Under the pieces are notes generated by a model that saw only the letters and a list, made by a program, of their open reading frames with translations, was not told where the DNA came from and made no database searches. Positions 30,221-41,060 of a stretch of 64,000 bases of DNA are shown here, in pieces. The stretch is from Candidatus Altimarinota bacterium (GTDB lineage Bacteria > Patescibacteriota > Gracilibacteria > JBDHUY01). Both the position numbers and the translations under genes were made by a program. The first letter of the stretch is position 1; every line of letters starts with the position of its first letter. The DNA is taken from positions 64,001 through 128,000 of the forward strand of contig JBDHUY010000001.1 of assembly GCA_039809385.1 (NCBI GenBank). The letters are read 5' to 3'.

Positions 30221-31228
30221 TTGTTTTTATGCATTCTCCTTATGTCTCCAGAAGATAGTATCAAAATGGACAAAACGGATTCGAGGTTAAATAAAGAACA
30301 GCTCACAGAAAATCCAGAACAAATCGCTGCTATAGAAAGATTGACACAATATTTACAAACACAGTTTTTTATAACGGTTGATCTGGCAGAAGTTGACCCG
30401 GAAGATCTCAATTTGGAGAGAAATAACCTGCCGGATCGGGTCCGGGATATGATGCATATCATTAGTTTTAACCGTACAGAAATTATAGATTGGGTGACAA
30501 CCGGTCATAATTTTGAAAGCGCCAAGATAAGGGAAGAGAGAGAGAATCCCGATTCGTTGGATAAAACCGCAGCGATAAGGAACCTTTTATCGAAGGAAGA
30601 TAAGCTGTTGCTACTAAGGGTGCTACAAGATTGCATCAAAGCTACCGAAACGCTATGGGGACATCTTAAACATGTCTACGAGAATACGCTTGATCCTGAC
30701 GATGAAGCGGAAGGAGAAGTACACAATCCGTCGACGATGAGGTGGCATCGCGTATGGCAGGAAATTGTCCTTAGAGGGTCGCACTGCGCACAGCTCAGTA
30801 AAGATCTTGCTGCAGCTTTCGAATCCAAGAAAGACCTGCTAGAATCTCCGGAAGAGTCCAAAGAATTCCTCATCAATTATTCGCGTAAATACACCAAGAA
30901 TCGGGAGCTGAAAGATCCTCGCTTTCTGGGAGGCATGTTTCTGTATTTATATGGGACCGAAGAGTTCTACGAGATGTTGAAAAACTCCAAGGTATCTACC
31001 GAAGAAGCGGTAAAATTCTTCCGTTCTTTCCTGAGCGCCGCCTTGTACGAAGGAAGCACGTTGGTAAGTATCCATGTCCGCGAAACGAACAAAGAGATCA
31101 ATTTCGATCCTCTGAAAGACCGGCTCTATAAAATCGACCATCTGCATGAAGCACTCTACACGCTGAGCTTCACACTCATGAAATTCATCGCCATTATCGA
31201 GCTGATCAAAGACGAGAATAAGGATTAA
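30221..31228 (+). CDS. hypothetical protein (start likely 30242)
   Basis: 335-aa acidic helical ORF. Confidence 0.7.
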   Translation: MFLCILLMSPEDSIKMDKTDSRLNKEQLTENPEQIAAIERLTQYLQTQFFITVDLAEVDPEDLNLERNNLPDRVRDMMHIISFNRTEIIDWVTTGHNFESAKIREERENPDSLDKTAAIRNLLSKEDKLLLLRVLQDCIKATETLWGHLKHVYENTLDPDDEAEGEVHNPSTMRWHRVWQEIVLRGSHCAQLSKDLAAAFESKKDLLESPEESKEFLINYSRKYTKNRELKDPRFLGGMFLYLYGTEEFYEMLKNSKVSTEEAVKFFRSFLSAALYEGSTLVSIHVRETNKEINFDPLKDRLYKIDHLHEALYTLSFTLMKFIAIIELIKDENKD

Positions 31229-31311
31229 TTTTAGACAAAAATCTATACAAAAACAGGAGTAAGTTAGCAAAAACTTATTCCTGTATTATCGTAATTGGTA
31301 GTTACGAAAGA

Positions 31312-31542
31312 CTAGGCAGCTAGCTTATCTTGTCTATGCTCCCCTGTATTGTTAAGGGGGAATTTATATTTAGCCTGCATAGCATGTAGTGTAGCAGATA
31401 CAGCCTCTTCTCCGACAACACCTTTATCTGTTTCCATTCCAGGCTTCTGGATGTCGGTTTTGCCGCTATTTTGAAATATTTCCTGTTCTGGTATGCCTTC
31501 AAAAGGTCCCTGTCCTTCTTCCAAGTCGAGAAATGTTGCCAT
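31312..31542 (-). CDS. small hypothetical protein
   Basis: 76-aa ATG ORF with AT-rich upstream region. Confidence 0.45.
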   Translation of the reverse strand: MATFLDLEEGQGPFEGIPEQEIFQNSGKTDIQKPGMETDKGVVGEEAVSATLHAMQAKYKFPLNNTGEHRQDKLAA

Positions 31543-31781
31543 AGTTTTATAGATAGATAGTGAATAAGTTCAATTTCATTTTAGCCCCAACGAGGCAATT
31601 GTCAATTTATCTTCATTTACAAGAAAAAAGACATTTCATCCACAAATCATCATTCCCGTCCGTACCGGCACGGGCGGACATAATCCGTCATTCATAAATT
31701 CATGCATTCCCGATTGTTTCTCGCAACAAAGCATGCTATGATCCGACACGATATTTTATTTCACCCTCTCCCCGCATCCCC

Positions 31782-34118
31782 ATGCATTTTCTCAAACGCG
31801 TCGTCTGTTTGTCCCTGCTCTTGACGATGGGAAATTCCCTTCTCGCCCCTGCTGCTCTGGCATTTACCCCTTCCCAGCAGCTGATCGGCAGTATCGTGAA
31901 GATCTACGGACAAGTATACGACCCCGAAACCGACACATACGAAGATACGGTTTTTGGCTCGGGTTTTTTCGTCGAAAACACCAACGACCGGATCGTGACC
32001 AACGGCCACGTCGTTCTCACCGACTCGTATGAACCGTTCGACCGCTACGTCATCTGCCAGAGTTTCAGCGCCGCCGACACTCCCAAATGTCTCTATACTG
32101 CCGAAGTGGAAATCGCCGACTATGACAACGATCTGGCCCTGCTCAGACTCAACCGGACAAATCCGGAAGGAGAAACAGTTCCCCTGCCAACCGTGACTCC
32201 TCCGCATTTCGGCAATTCGGACAACCTGCAGCTGGGCGGCGAAATCAACGTGCTGGGATACCCGGATGTAGGCAAAGAGACCATTACCCAGACCAAAGGC
32301 AGCATCAGCGGTTTTTTAAGCGAAAATATCAACGGAACTCCAACCAAAGTATGGATAAAAAGCGATGCAAAGATCAACCCGGGCAATTCGGGCGGAGCCG
32401 CCTTCGATGCTGACGGAAACCTGATCGGGATCCCAACCCAGGTCGAATTCGGATTCGACGCACTGGGATATATCCGCCCCAGCAATTTCATAAGCGCCTG
32501 GATCAAAAATGCCAACAATCTGATTCGTAACAGCACGGAACTGCCGATTGTGGAAAAAGAGATCCCCTCAAGTCTGGACGATGTGTTTACCGAAGCCGGA
32601 GACCGTGAAATCACCCTCTCCTGGCCGGAATCCTATTCTACCGCCGGTATAAAACACTATGAAATCACCTACGATACAAAATCGTTCGATCCCAATCGCT
32701 GGACCAAGCCAGTTAGCGAACTACCCCACTACCAGACTACCGGGGAAACCAGCCTGACCATCACGGGGCTGGAAAACGGCACGACCTACTATTTTTACGT
32801 CCGCGCCGTATCCGAAAACAACAAACCAGCCGAATACTGGAGCTACGAAGCCAGCGATACTCCCACGGACGAAGTCTTGAGCGACGAAGTTTTTCTCGAC
32901 GTTCCCAATACACACGAAGCTTATCTTGCTCTAACCTATTTAAAAAATAACGAGGTAATCAGCGGCTATCCCGACGGTACGTTCCGCCCCGGGGAAACGA
33001 TCAACCGGGCCGAGCTTATGAAAATCGTGGTAACCGGACAGGGAATCCGACCCGATCCGGTCAAATATAGAAATTGCTTCCCGGACGTCATGGAAACCTG
33101 GTATTCTCCGTATGTCTGCTACGGTCTGGAGAAAGGCTGGATCCAGGGGTATCCCGACGGCATGTTCAAACCGAGCGATACGGCCAACAAAGCCGAAGTC
33201 ATTAAGATATTGCTGAACGCTTATGATGCTCCCGATTTTTCTGCGGTCCAAACCCAGTTTGGGGATATACACCCCGAACAGTGGTTTTACCGCTTCGTCT
33301 CGACGGCCGAACAAATGCAACTCCTGCCGGAACGGGACAATTTTGAGCCAGGTCAAGCGGCTAAACGAGGCATAACTGCCGAATACCTGTACCGGCTCAA
33401 CCTGATCAAAAAGAACGAGATGCTGCCCGCTGCTTCGCCAACCTGGCAGACTCCGAGCGGGGAAGAAGTGACCGTATCAGACTTTTTGGCGGTACAGGAT
33501 GGGAAAGAATGGGATTTTGTCTCAGATCAAAACCTAAATGACAACGGCAATACGGCCCCGGACAATATTATTACTGCTACGGAGTGTGAAACAGAAAGCG
33601 AGTGTTTCGATCTGCGCTACGACGATCACTATACCAGTCAGATTTTCCCGGAAGATCCGGAAGTTTTAATCAAGAAACTGACACTTCACGAAGGTACCGG
33701 AAATGACAAAGAAGTCGCTTACGAAGAACCCGAAACACTCTTCTCTACTCGTAACCGTATCAACTATTTTAGGCTTGCCGAAGGCACCCCGGTACGGGCT
33801 GACGACGGGTCGACGATTACGCTATACGACGGCACGAACAGTCTGGAATTCGACGGGTTCGAAACAGTGGAAACCCCGGCTACCGGCCAGGTTAGCGCGC
33901 TCAAAGTAAAAATAACCGATCTGGTACATATCAATACCACCAAACCGATGTACGAAAACGATATAAGCCACGAAGCTTTTGTCTTGAGTACCGGTACCAG
34001 ATACTATGCCTCTGGAGTCGGTCTGATCAAAAGCGAAACCAGGACCACCCTGCTCTACAACGGACAGACCTACGAACTCTCGGCCGGGACGAATGTGCTG
34101 AAATCCTACAAGAACTGA
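31782..34118 (+). CDS. secreted trypsin-like serine protease with fn3 and SLH domains
   Basis: GSGF, TNGHV, DLALL, GNSGG; fn3 GLENGTTYYF; SLH GYPDGTFRP...NRAE. Confidence 0.9.
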   Translation: MHFLKRVVCLSLLLTMGNSLLAPAALAFTPSQQLIGSIVKIYGQVYDPETDTYEDTVFGSGFFVENTNDRIVTNGHVVLTDSYEPFDRYVICQSFSAADTPKCLYTAEVEIADYDNDLALLRLNRTNPEGETVPLPTVTPPHFGNSDNLQLGGEINVLGYPDVGKETITQTKGSISGFLSENINGTPTKVWIKSDAKINPGNSGGAAFDADGNLIGIPTQVEFGFDALGYIRPSNFISAWIKNANNLIRNSTELPIVEKEIPSSLDDVFTEAGDREITLSWPESYSTAGIKHYEITYDTKSFDPNRWTKPVSELPHYQTTGETSLTITGLENGTTYYFYVRAVSENNKPAEYWSYEASDTPTDEVLSDEVFLDVPNTHEAYLALTYLKNNEVISGYPDGTFRPGETINRAELMKIVVTGQGIRPDPVKYRNCFPDVMETWYSPYVCYGLEKGWIQGYPDGMFKPSDTANKAEVIKILLNAYDAPDFSAVQTQFGDIHPEQWFYRFVSTAEQMQLLPERDNFEPGQAAKRGITAEYLYRLNLIKKNEMLPAASPTWQTPSGEEVTVSDFLAVQDGKEWDFVSDQNLNDNGNTAPDNIITATECETESECFDLRYDDHYTSQIFPEDPEVLIKKLTLHEGTGNDKEVAYEEPETLFSTRNRINYFRLAEGTPVRADDGSTITLYDGTNSLEFDGFETVETPATGQVSALKVKITDLVHINTTKPMYENDISHEAFVLSTGTRYYASGVGLIKSETRTTLLYNGQTYELSAGTNVLKSYKN

Positions 34119-35812
34119 ACCAGCTTTTTGTTTAAGACGTCGCGGGTAGTCTGGCCGACCCGGCCGGCTCCCGTGGCTTGAGCTGAAGGAACCACGGCAT
34201 GATCTTGTTGGAATTGTAATAAGGCCTCTTTGGTCTTAGCGGCAAATTTGCCGGTAACGTCTTGTTTGAAATAGCCGAGCTTAGAGAGAATACTCTGTAA
34301 TTTGGCCACTTCGATCCCCTGGGTGCCGGGATCGAGTTCGGTGGTGATCTTTTGTTGTCGGTACTTGGAAAGAACATAGGCCAATTTCTCGCGAGTTTTG
34401 GGGCCATAGAGACTGGCACCGGGACTCTGGGGGGAACCGGCCAGCTTGAACTGCATTTGAAAAGAGAGTACCGCGGCAGAGGTTTTTGGACCGTAATACC
34501 CGGTAGGCGTGGCATCGAGATAGCCGAGTTCAAACAAAGTTTGCTGCAATGCCCGGACTTCGTCCCCGCTGTCTTTGGATTTGAGAATTTGAGATATCTG
34601 GCTCGAGACAGACGTCGTAGCACTTTTTGACGGAGTATTGGGGGGCACAGCGCCCGGGGCTGGGTTGGCAGATGAAGCGACAACGGCGGTTTTGGTACTC
34701 TGTCCGGCCTGAAAGAGATCTTCAACCAGATATAGACGGGTCTGATTGCCAAAATAACCGGCACCCCGGTCGGTATCTTTCAATATGATTCCTTTCTGTT
34801 TCTGGAAAGAGAGTACGGCTGCATAGGTGTTGCTATCATATTTTCCGGTTTCAGAAACCGCAAATCCCAGACGGTTGAGGGCCTGCTGCAAAGTGAGAAT
34901 ATCTCCTTTTTGACCCGATCCTTTGCCCAGTCCGACCGGAAAAGAAGAAAGCATCTTCTGTTTTTCGGTTTTTTGCGCGGCCAGAGAGCGGCGATCCTGT
35001 TCTTTTTTTTCGTAAAATTTCTGTTCCAGGACTTTACGGGTTTTCTGCCCGGTATACCCGGCACCGCTCTCCTGGTCGCCTTTGACGATTCCGTTATCAA
35101 CCTGAAAACGATACACCGCATCGACGGTTTTGACATCGTAGCTTTGGGCATCGGGGGTTTCCATATACCCCAGTTCGGTCAGCACTTCGTGGAGCTTTTG
35201 GACATCGCTGCCCTTATCGCCTTTACCTAAGTTGCGGGAAAAAAGCGTGGTTGAATTGGTGGCATTTTGCGGCCATTTGACTTTGGCGATGGCTAAATCT
35301 TCGACCTGGATCGTATCATTCAGTTCGGTACCGGACGGGTAAACATACCCTTCAACCTTACGGATGCCCCAGCTCAGAGCCCGCTTGAGCCCCTCTTCGC
35401 CATAGCCCATCCACAGATCGAGGCGATCATAGGAGTGCCCCCGTTCTCCGGCTACGACAATGGCGCCGCCGCGGTCTTCCACGGTTCCGATGCCCAGTCC
35501 TTCCAGCTTGATCTTGGTACCGAACGCATAGGTTTTAGGCGCGGCGATCATGCCGTCGTGCACTCCTTTGCCCGAGGCGCCCCGGATGCCTTGTCCGTTC
35601 AATTTTTTCTCGTCTTCCACATTTCCTCTCAAATAAAACGACTGCCCTTCCTGGGGAGAATAATACCCGGTCACCAGAAAGGTCCTCTTTTCGGGTTGAG
35701 GCGTTTCGGCCAGTGCCGTATCAACAGAACCGGGAAACAGAAAGGCTGTTTCGGCCAGGGAAAGAGACAGCACGAACAGAAGTATTTTTGGTATGTTTTT
35801 GTATATTTTCAT
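34106..35812 (-). CDS. 3D-domain protein with multiple peptidoglycan-binding repeats
   Basis: IAAPKTYAFGTKI...VEDRGGAI...LDLWMG; four LQxxLxxLGY...G.YG..T..AV..FQ repeats. Confidence 0.88.
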   Translation of the reverse strand: MKIYKNIPKILLFVLSLSLAETAFLFPGSVDTALAETPQPEKRTFLVTGYYSPQEGQSFYLRGNVEDEKKLNGQGIRGASGKGVHDGMIAAPKTYAFGTKIKLEGLGIGTVEDRGGAIVVAGERGHSYDRLDLWMGYGEEGLKRALSWGIRKVEGYVYPSGTELNDTIQVEDLAIAKVKWPQNATNSTTLFSRNLGKGDKGSDVQKLHEVLTELGYMETPDAQSYDVKTVDAVYRFQVDNGIVKGDQESGAGYTGQKTRKVLEQKFYEKKEQDRRSLAAQKTEKQKMLSSFPVGLGKGSGQKGDILTLQQALNRLGFAVSETGKYDSNTYAAVLSFQKQKGIILKDTDRGAGYFGNQTRLYLVEDLFQAGQSTKTAVVASSANPAPGAVPPNTPSKSATTSVSSQISQILKSKDSGDEVRALQQTLFELGYLDATPTGYYGPKTSAAVLSFQMQFKLAGSPQSPGASLYGPKTREKLAYVLSKYRQQKITTELDPGTQGIEVAKLQSILSKLGYFKQDVTGKFAAKTKEALLQFQQDHAVVPSAQATGAGRVGQTTRDVLNKKLVQFL

Positions 35813-36031
35813 GAGAGTTTAGTTCTCTTCATAATACCACAAAATACTGCGCCCTCCCCGCAAAACTCCTTGCCCGATGCTTAAAATTGTCGGATAGATA
35901 GTTTTGAAGGATTCGACAAAAAACCGAATACGCTAAGGAATTTCCGGCAGGTTAAGGTTTTGCCGTCTTCTTGATGGAATCCTACTTGCTTTTAGAAAAG
36001 GCGATATCTCAGCAGTTAAGAAAACAAAAGA

Positions 36032-36052
36032 AGCATGTTTTGAAAACATGCT
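36032..36052. repeat. palindrome AGCATGTTTT-G-AAAACATGCT, second copy at about 60473-60499
   Basis: Direct sequence match of the ATGTTTTGAAAACATG core and its flanks. Confidence 0.7.
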
Positions 36053-36099
36053 CACTTCGGTATAACTTCTACATGATTTATTTTATCTACTCCCTAATC

Positions 36100-37737
36100 T
36101 CAAAAATGCATCGGAGGAAGGTCCTGCCGGTGAATACTGTATAAAAGCAGAGCGAGCTCTCCCCGGGTAATATTATGAGCAGCATCAATCACCACTCCGT
36201 TCAATAATGCCTTTGTCATACCGGTCTGTATATATTTCTCATACCAGGGAGAGTCATTGGCGGCAACGAGCTCAATACTAAGTGTTCCGAATACGATTTT
36301 GAGTGCCTCAGCCAAGTTTACTTCCCGTTCGGGATGAAAAAGTCCATCAGGATATCCCCTGACTATGCCGATAGTCTTTGCATAACAGATGTACGGAGCG
36401 AACCACTCCCGTGTGACATCGTGAAAACAATTTTCGCCTTTTGGATTTTTTGTGATAATTCCAATAATGATTTTCGTAAATTCTGCCCGATTGATCTTTT
36501 TTTCGGGACCAAAGGTACCGTCGCTATACCCCGTGATAATTTCTCTTTCTCTCAAAAAATTTACGGCATCGAAATATCGACTGTCTTGAGAGATATCTCG
36601 AAACGATGGAGTGGCGCTCGCATTCTGCAATCCGGATGATTTGATGTACCACATTCCATTCTCTTTATATGGAAATGCCCAACTATTCCCGCGGGCTTGC
36701 GGGATCCCCACAGCTTCGAAAGGGCCGTACTGTTGGCCATTTATGACCGTGTAAATGTTTTTGGCCGTTATAGCAGAACTACTGCCGGGATAATCTGTCG
36801 CATAGGTAAACAGCCAATTCGAATCGCTGATAGCAAGACTATCGGGCAGACAAAACGTATCGGTGTTCCATACCGTTTTTTGGTCGATTACTACATTACA
36901 GGAACGATCGACATACCCTGAACGCAGAGGGGAAACTGATATGTCGGCCAGTTCGTCATTGAAACTTCCATAATGTTCTTTGTCGGTAAGAACTGAATAT
37001 TTTCCTCCGGGCGGGTTGTCATACGTTGCCAGTATCCAGCGTTCGCCGGATATTTTAAATTGCCCGGTATAGAGATATCCCGGATACGAATTACCGTCCA
37101 GCATAATCATGATTTGGGAACTTTGTGTATCCCTGTAAAAGAATCCCCAGTGTTGATTTGATACAGCCAGATTCGCAACGGACAGATATGGACCATAGCT
37201 TTTGCCATTCATAAGCACATATGATTTTCCTTCCTGGAAATACGCAACAGCCCAATTTGTATCGGACACAGCCAGAGATCCCGGTAAGACTTGGTACGGA
37301 CCATATTCCTGATTATCCAGAGACAGGTATTGTTGTCCGTTCTTGAGATATTGAACAAGCATACGGTTATTGGAGACCCTTACTTCGGGATAGGTATCGT
37401 AGACTTGACTCGTGCCATTCTTTGACTGTATGTAGTATTGACCGTTTTTCTCAAACGGATAGGCCCAATTTTGATCCGCGATACTCAGTACGCCACTCGG
37501 CAAACTGAGAGCAAGACCGAATCCGATCGGATCGGACACCGTTCCATTGACGAAAGTATAATTTTTACCATTTTTGCGGAACGAATATCCCCAGTTATTC
37601 TGGGAGATTTGAAGGTCTGTTACGGTCTCGAATGGCCCGGAAGTCGATATTTCCGGCTGCTCCGTAGCTGTACCTTCTACGGGAAGCACCGATAGACTCA
37701 TCATAAACAAGAGAACGAAAATCGAGTACCTTTTCAT
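36100..37737 (-). CDS. S-layer homology domain protein with N-terminal beta-repeat region
   Basis: Signal peptide; repeated NGxxYGPY/NWA units; GYSDGTFGPEKKINRAEF. Confidence 0.85.
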   Translation of the reverse strand: MKRYSIFVLLFMMSLSVLPVEGTATEQPEISTSGPFETVTDLQISQNNWGYSFRKNGKNYTFVNGTVSDPIGFGLALSLPSGVLSIADQNWAYPFEKNGQYYIQSKNGTSQVYDTYPEVRVSNNRMLVQYLKNGQQYLSLDNQEYGPYQVLPGSLAVSDTNWAVAYFQEGKSYVLMNGKSYGPYLSVANLAVSNQHWGFFYRDTQSSQIMIMLDGNSYPGYLYTGQFKISGERWILATYDNPPGGKYSVLTDKEHYGSFNDELADISVSPLRSGYVDRSCNVVIDQKTVWNTDTFCLPDSLAISDSNWLFTYATDYPGSSSAITAKNIYTVINGQQYGPFEAVGIPQARGNSWAFPYKENGMWYIKSSGLQNASATPSFRDISQDSRYFDAVNFLREREIITGYSDGTFGPEKKINRAEFTKIIIGIITKNPKGENCFHDVTREWFAPYICYAKTIGIVRGYPDGLFHPEREVNLAEALKIVFGTLSIELVAANDSPWYEKYIQTGMTKALLNGVVIDAAHNITRGELALLLYSIHRQDLPPMHF

Positions 37738-38034
37738 GCGGACGTATGTATTGGGAATATAAATTACCGTCGTATACTACCAGCACCATACGGAATGTCA
37801 AAAATCTATCGTTGGCATATTATTCGAGAATATTTCGCAAAAAATTTAAGAATACCTTTGCGTTCTGTTCAGAAGCGACTTGTGCGATGCTTGATACTTC
37901 CTTTAAGAAAACCTAACTCTGCCGTTTCTTGATCGAATCGAAAAACAACCACGCAAGAGCAAGCAGTGTGACAGTCAAGAAACCAAAAATAAGGGAGGTA
38001 ACCGCGAGATATCGGAAATATTTCCTCAAAACTT

Positions 38035-38063
38035 TTGACTTAAACGAGCCAAAAAGCTAGAAT
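38035..38063 (+). promoter_or_regulatory. sigma70 promoter of the rpmH operon
   Basis: TTGACT-N17-TAGAAT. Confidence 0.7.
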
Positions 38064-38098
38064 GAGCCTTGCTTTTTATCTACGCTTACCAAAGAGAT

Positions 38099-38230
38099 AT
38101 GCAAGGAAAACTCAAGCAGCGAAAGCGGAAAAACAATCACGGCTTTCTGACCCGCAGCCGAACTACCAACGGTTCCAAACTGATCGCGCGACGCCGGGCC
38201 AAAGGAAGAGCCAGATTGTCGGTCGAGTAA
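38099..38230 (+). CDS. rpmH: 50S ribosomal protein L34 (not in ORF track)
   Basis: [43 protein letters not shown], upstream of rnpA. Confidence 0.93.
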   Translation: MQGKLKQRKRKNNHGFLTRSRTTNGSKLIARRRAKGRARLSVE

Positions 38231-38241
38231 ATTGTCCGTCC

Positions 38242-38574
38242 ATGTTCAGAAAAAAAGAAAGACTCACCAGCAGCGATTTTTCCCGCATCTGGAAAGAGGC
38301 GTCCTTCTCGCGTTCCTCCCGCCGGTTTGTTCTCAAATGCAGACACAATAGTTTGGGCCTTAGCCGTTTCGGTGTGGTCGTCACGTCCAAATTTTCCAAA
38401 AGCGCGGTGAAACGAAACCGCAAACGAAGACAGATCTATGCCTGTTTACGAGAGATCCAGACGCGTTCCCCGCTCCCTTCCATGGATTGCATTGTGTTTC
38501 TCAAGAATACTCCGCTTCCCCCTGCCGCCTATACCGAGCTCTGTACCGACCTGACCTTTTTGTTTTCCTCCTAA
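38242..38574 (+). CDS. rnpA: RNase P protein component
   Basis: KKERL...SRFGVVVTSKFSKSAVKRNRKRR. Confidence 0.92.
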   Translation: MFRKKERLTSSDFSRIWKEASFSRSSRRFVLKCRHNSLGLSRFGVVVTSKFSKSAVKRNRKRRQIYACLREIQTRSPLPSMDCIVFLKNTPLPPAAYTELCTDLTFLFSS

Positions 38575-38584
38575 TCCATTTTCG

Positions 38585-39778
38585 ATGAACCGCCAACGTA
38601 TTTACGGATATTTGCTGCTGTTGCTGGGTGTCTATTTACTGCTTTTTGTCATCAACCCGGCCAAACCTGCCGACCAACCCGCCGCCCCGACCAATCAGAT
38701 TCGCCTCGTCCCTACCAAATCGAGCTTTGGCTTCGGCGAAGCGGTACACGTCAATCTAGAGAACGGCCTGTCGGAAGACATTACGCTCCTGTCACGCTGC
38801 CCCGCCCCCCCCCTGGATATCTATAAAAACGGAGAGAAGATCAGCACGGATACACAATATACATGCCCTACCGATAACGAGATCATCAAGCCGAATGAGA
38901 AACGATCCATTTCGTTTGACCCGTGGAACAACGATCTATTTAAGGACGCGGGCGAGTACCGAATCGAATACACGACTACGGTAGGAGGCGAGGAAAAAAA
39001 GGCCGAGTCAACCATTCGGATAACCGAACCGAACTGGCTGGGATATGTATGGGATCTCATTCTCTACCGGCCGATTTATAATACCCTGATCTTCTTGACC
39101 AGCATTCTGCCGGGCCATGATCTGGGACTAGCGATCATCGTTCTGACCATCTTGATGCGCGTCATCCTGCTGATCCCGAATCAAAAAGCGCTGGAACAGC
39201 AAAAACAGATGCAGAAACTCCAGCCCAAGATCGCTGAAATTCAGAAAAAATACGAAGGAAATCAGCAAAAGATCGGCGAAGAGACTCTGAAACTCTGGAA
39301 AGAATACAAAGTGAACCCGGCGGGTAGCTGTCTGCCCATCCTGATTCAGCTGCCTATCCTGATAGCACTCTATAATGCCATAGCCAACGGACTGCAAGTC
39401 AGCAGTACCTATTTTCTGTATCCCCCGCTCAAGGGCTTCAGCATCGACCAGATCAATTCCTTCTTTTTGGGAATCCTCGACCTGTCGAAACCCAATCTGT
39501 ATATATTGCCAATACTGCTAGCAGTATTGCAGTACATTCAAATGAGACTCTCGTTTGCCAACGCTGCCAAGAAACAGGCCAAAAATACTCCCCCAAAAGC
39601 CAAGGGAGATATGCCCGATGCGGGCGCGGTGACCAGCAAAGTCATGACCTATATTTTTCCGCTGCTCATTGCGCTGATGTCGATTGGCTTTCCGGCAGGG
39701 ATCGCGGTGTACTGGGGTGTTTCGACCCTTTTTGGCATCGGACAACAGCTTTGGGTAAATCGCGAAAAGGGTGTATAA
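38585..39778 (+). CDS. yidC: membrane protein insertase YidC
   Basis: LQPKIAEIQKKY, VNPAGSCLPILIQLPI, YWGVSTLFGIGQQ. Confidence 0.93.
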   Translation: MNRQRIYGYLLLLLGVYLLLFVINPAKPADQPAAPTNQIRLVPTKSSFGFGEAVHVNLENGLSEDITLLSRCPAPPLDIYKNGEKISTDTQYTCPTDNEIIKPNEKRSISFDPWNNDLFKDAGEYRIEYTTTVGGEEKKAESTIRITEPNWLGYVWDLILYRPIYNTLIFLTSILPGHDLGLAIIVLTILMRVILLIPNQKALEQQKQMQKLQPKIAEIQKKYEGNQQKIGEETLKLWKEYKVNPAGSCLPILIQLPILIALYNAIANGLQVSSTYFLYPPLKGFSIDQINSFFLGILDLSKPNLYILPILLAVLQYIQMRLSFANAAKKQAKNTPPKAKGDMPDAGAVTSKVMTYIFPLLIALMSIGFPAGIAVYWGVSTLFGIGQQLWVNREKGV

Positions 39779-39842
39779 TAAAGACCGTTCTGTGGGAAGA
39801 GTTTTTTATCCCTGCTTTTTACTTTTTTATCCGCCAGCACTC

Positions 39843-40319
39843 ATGGACGAAATAGCTGTAAAAATCCAAACCCTCACCGAAGAATTCCTGCGCCGGATGG
39901 GTATCGCGTTTGACAAGGTATTGGTATCGCCCCGGGACGCCAGTACGTTACGGGTTAATATTTTATCACAAGACGCCAGTTTACTGATCGGCCACTTCGG
40001 CGATACGCTTAAAGCCATGCAATATTTGCTCAAATCGGCGATCAGTACGATGGATCTGACCGACGCGCCGCTGTTTCTCATCCTCGATGTGGAAGGCTAC
40101 AAAGAACGCCAGGAAGAGAAAGTGATCGAAATGGCCGAAAAAGCGGTAACTAGTCTCTTATCAGGAAAAAGCGAGGAAGAACATCTCCTGCCCATGTCGC
40201 CCTATTTTCGCAAAGTCGTCCACATGCATCTGATGGAAAAACACGGTTCGTCCGGCATCCTCACGAAGAGCGAAGGCGAGGGCGAGGACCGGCATATCGT
40301 GGTACGGGTAGGAAGCTAG
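39843..40319 (+). CDS. jag: Jag/EloR-like KH+R3H RNA-binding protein (no Jag_N domain)
   Basis: LLIGHFGDTLKAMQ, PMSPYFRKVVH, SEGEGEDR; operon position. Confidence 0.85.
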   Translation: MDEIAVKIQTLTEEFLRRMGIAFDKVLVSPRDASTLRVNILSQDASLLIGHFGDTLKAMQYLLKSAISTMDLTDAPLFLILDVEGYKERQEEKVIEMAEKAVTSLLSGKSEEEHLLPMSPYFRKVVHMHLMEKHGSSGILTKSEGEGEDRHIVVRVGS

Positions 40320-40579
40320 TCAGCCGAATGTACGTAGCGTGTCAAAGAGGCTCTTCTTCGTTTTTTCGAGACTTTTGACTCGGTACTAAAGACTATGTAC
40401 GTTGTCCCCAAGCGCTAATTACTAACTGAATATACTTACTATCCTGAACCCCTTTTATCCCCTTTATTAGGTGGAACGGAAGCACCGTTTAATTCTCAGC
40501 TTTTGACTACGTACTAGGTACTTTGTACTGTTGCATTGAATACTGACCACTGGACGCTGAAGGCTGACAGCTGGCGCCC

Positions 40580-40924
40580 CTACCCCACCTCGCCTGCCGG
40601 GTTCGACATTTTCCCTGCCAGCAAGTGCAGATGTACATGCATTACTACCTGTCCGCCTTCCGGACCAACATTTAACGAAAGTTTATAGCCGGGGATATCT
40701 AATTCCTCGGCTATTTTTTTGGCGGCAAACAAGAGATGCCCCATCAGCGGACGATCGGTTTCCTGCATATCCGAGATTTTTTCCAGATGTTGTTTGGGAA
40801 TGATCAGAATGTGCGTCTCGGCCGCAGGGTGAATGTCGTCAAAGGCGACCACCTGATCGTCTTCGTAGCGAAACGAAGTCGGAAAGGCGCGGGTAGCAAT
40901 TTTACAGAAAATACAGTCGGACAT
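40580..40924 (-). CDS. HIT family nucleotide-binding protein
   Basis: CIFCKI, GGQVVMHVHLHLL. Confidence 0.93.
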   Translation of the reverse strand: MSDCIFCKIATRAFPTSFRYEDDQVVAFDDIHPAAETHILIIPKQHLEKISDMQETDRPLMGHLLFAAKKIAEELDIPGYKLSLNVGPEGGQVVMHVHLHLLAGKMSNPAGEVG

Positions 40925-41060
40925 GGGGGAGAAGTATTAGGTATAAAGTATCTGGTATGAGGTATGAAAACAGGGGTCAAAGAAGAATAAGGCGATTTCT
41001 GGAAGGACAAGATGTCCTACACATTATACTTCATACCAAATACTTTATACATGCCTCCCC

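Noticed and set aside
38062-38241. Long N-terminal extension of RnpA
   Set aside because: The region encodes rpmH in another frame; rnpA starts at 38242
40335-40520. IS-end-like ttttgact..gtacta repeats (also ctttgtaccaggtacta at about 46414)
   Set aside because: Too short and degenerate to define an element without a genome-wide search
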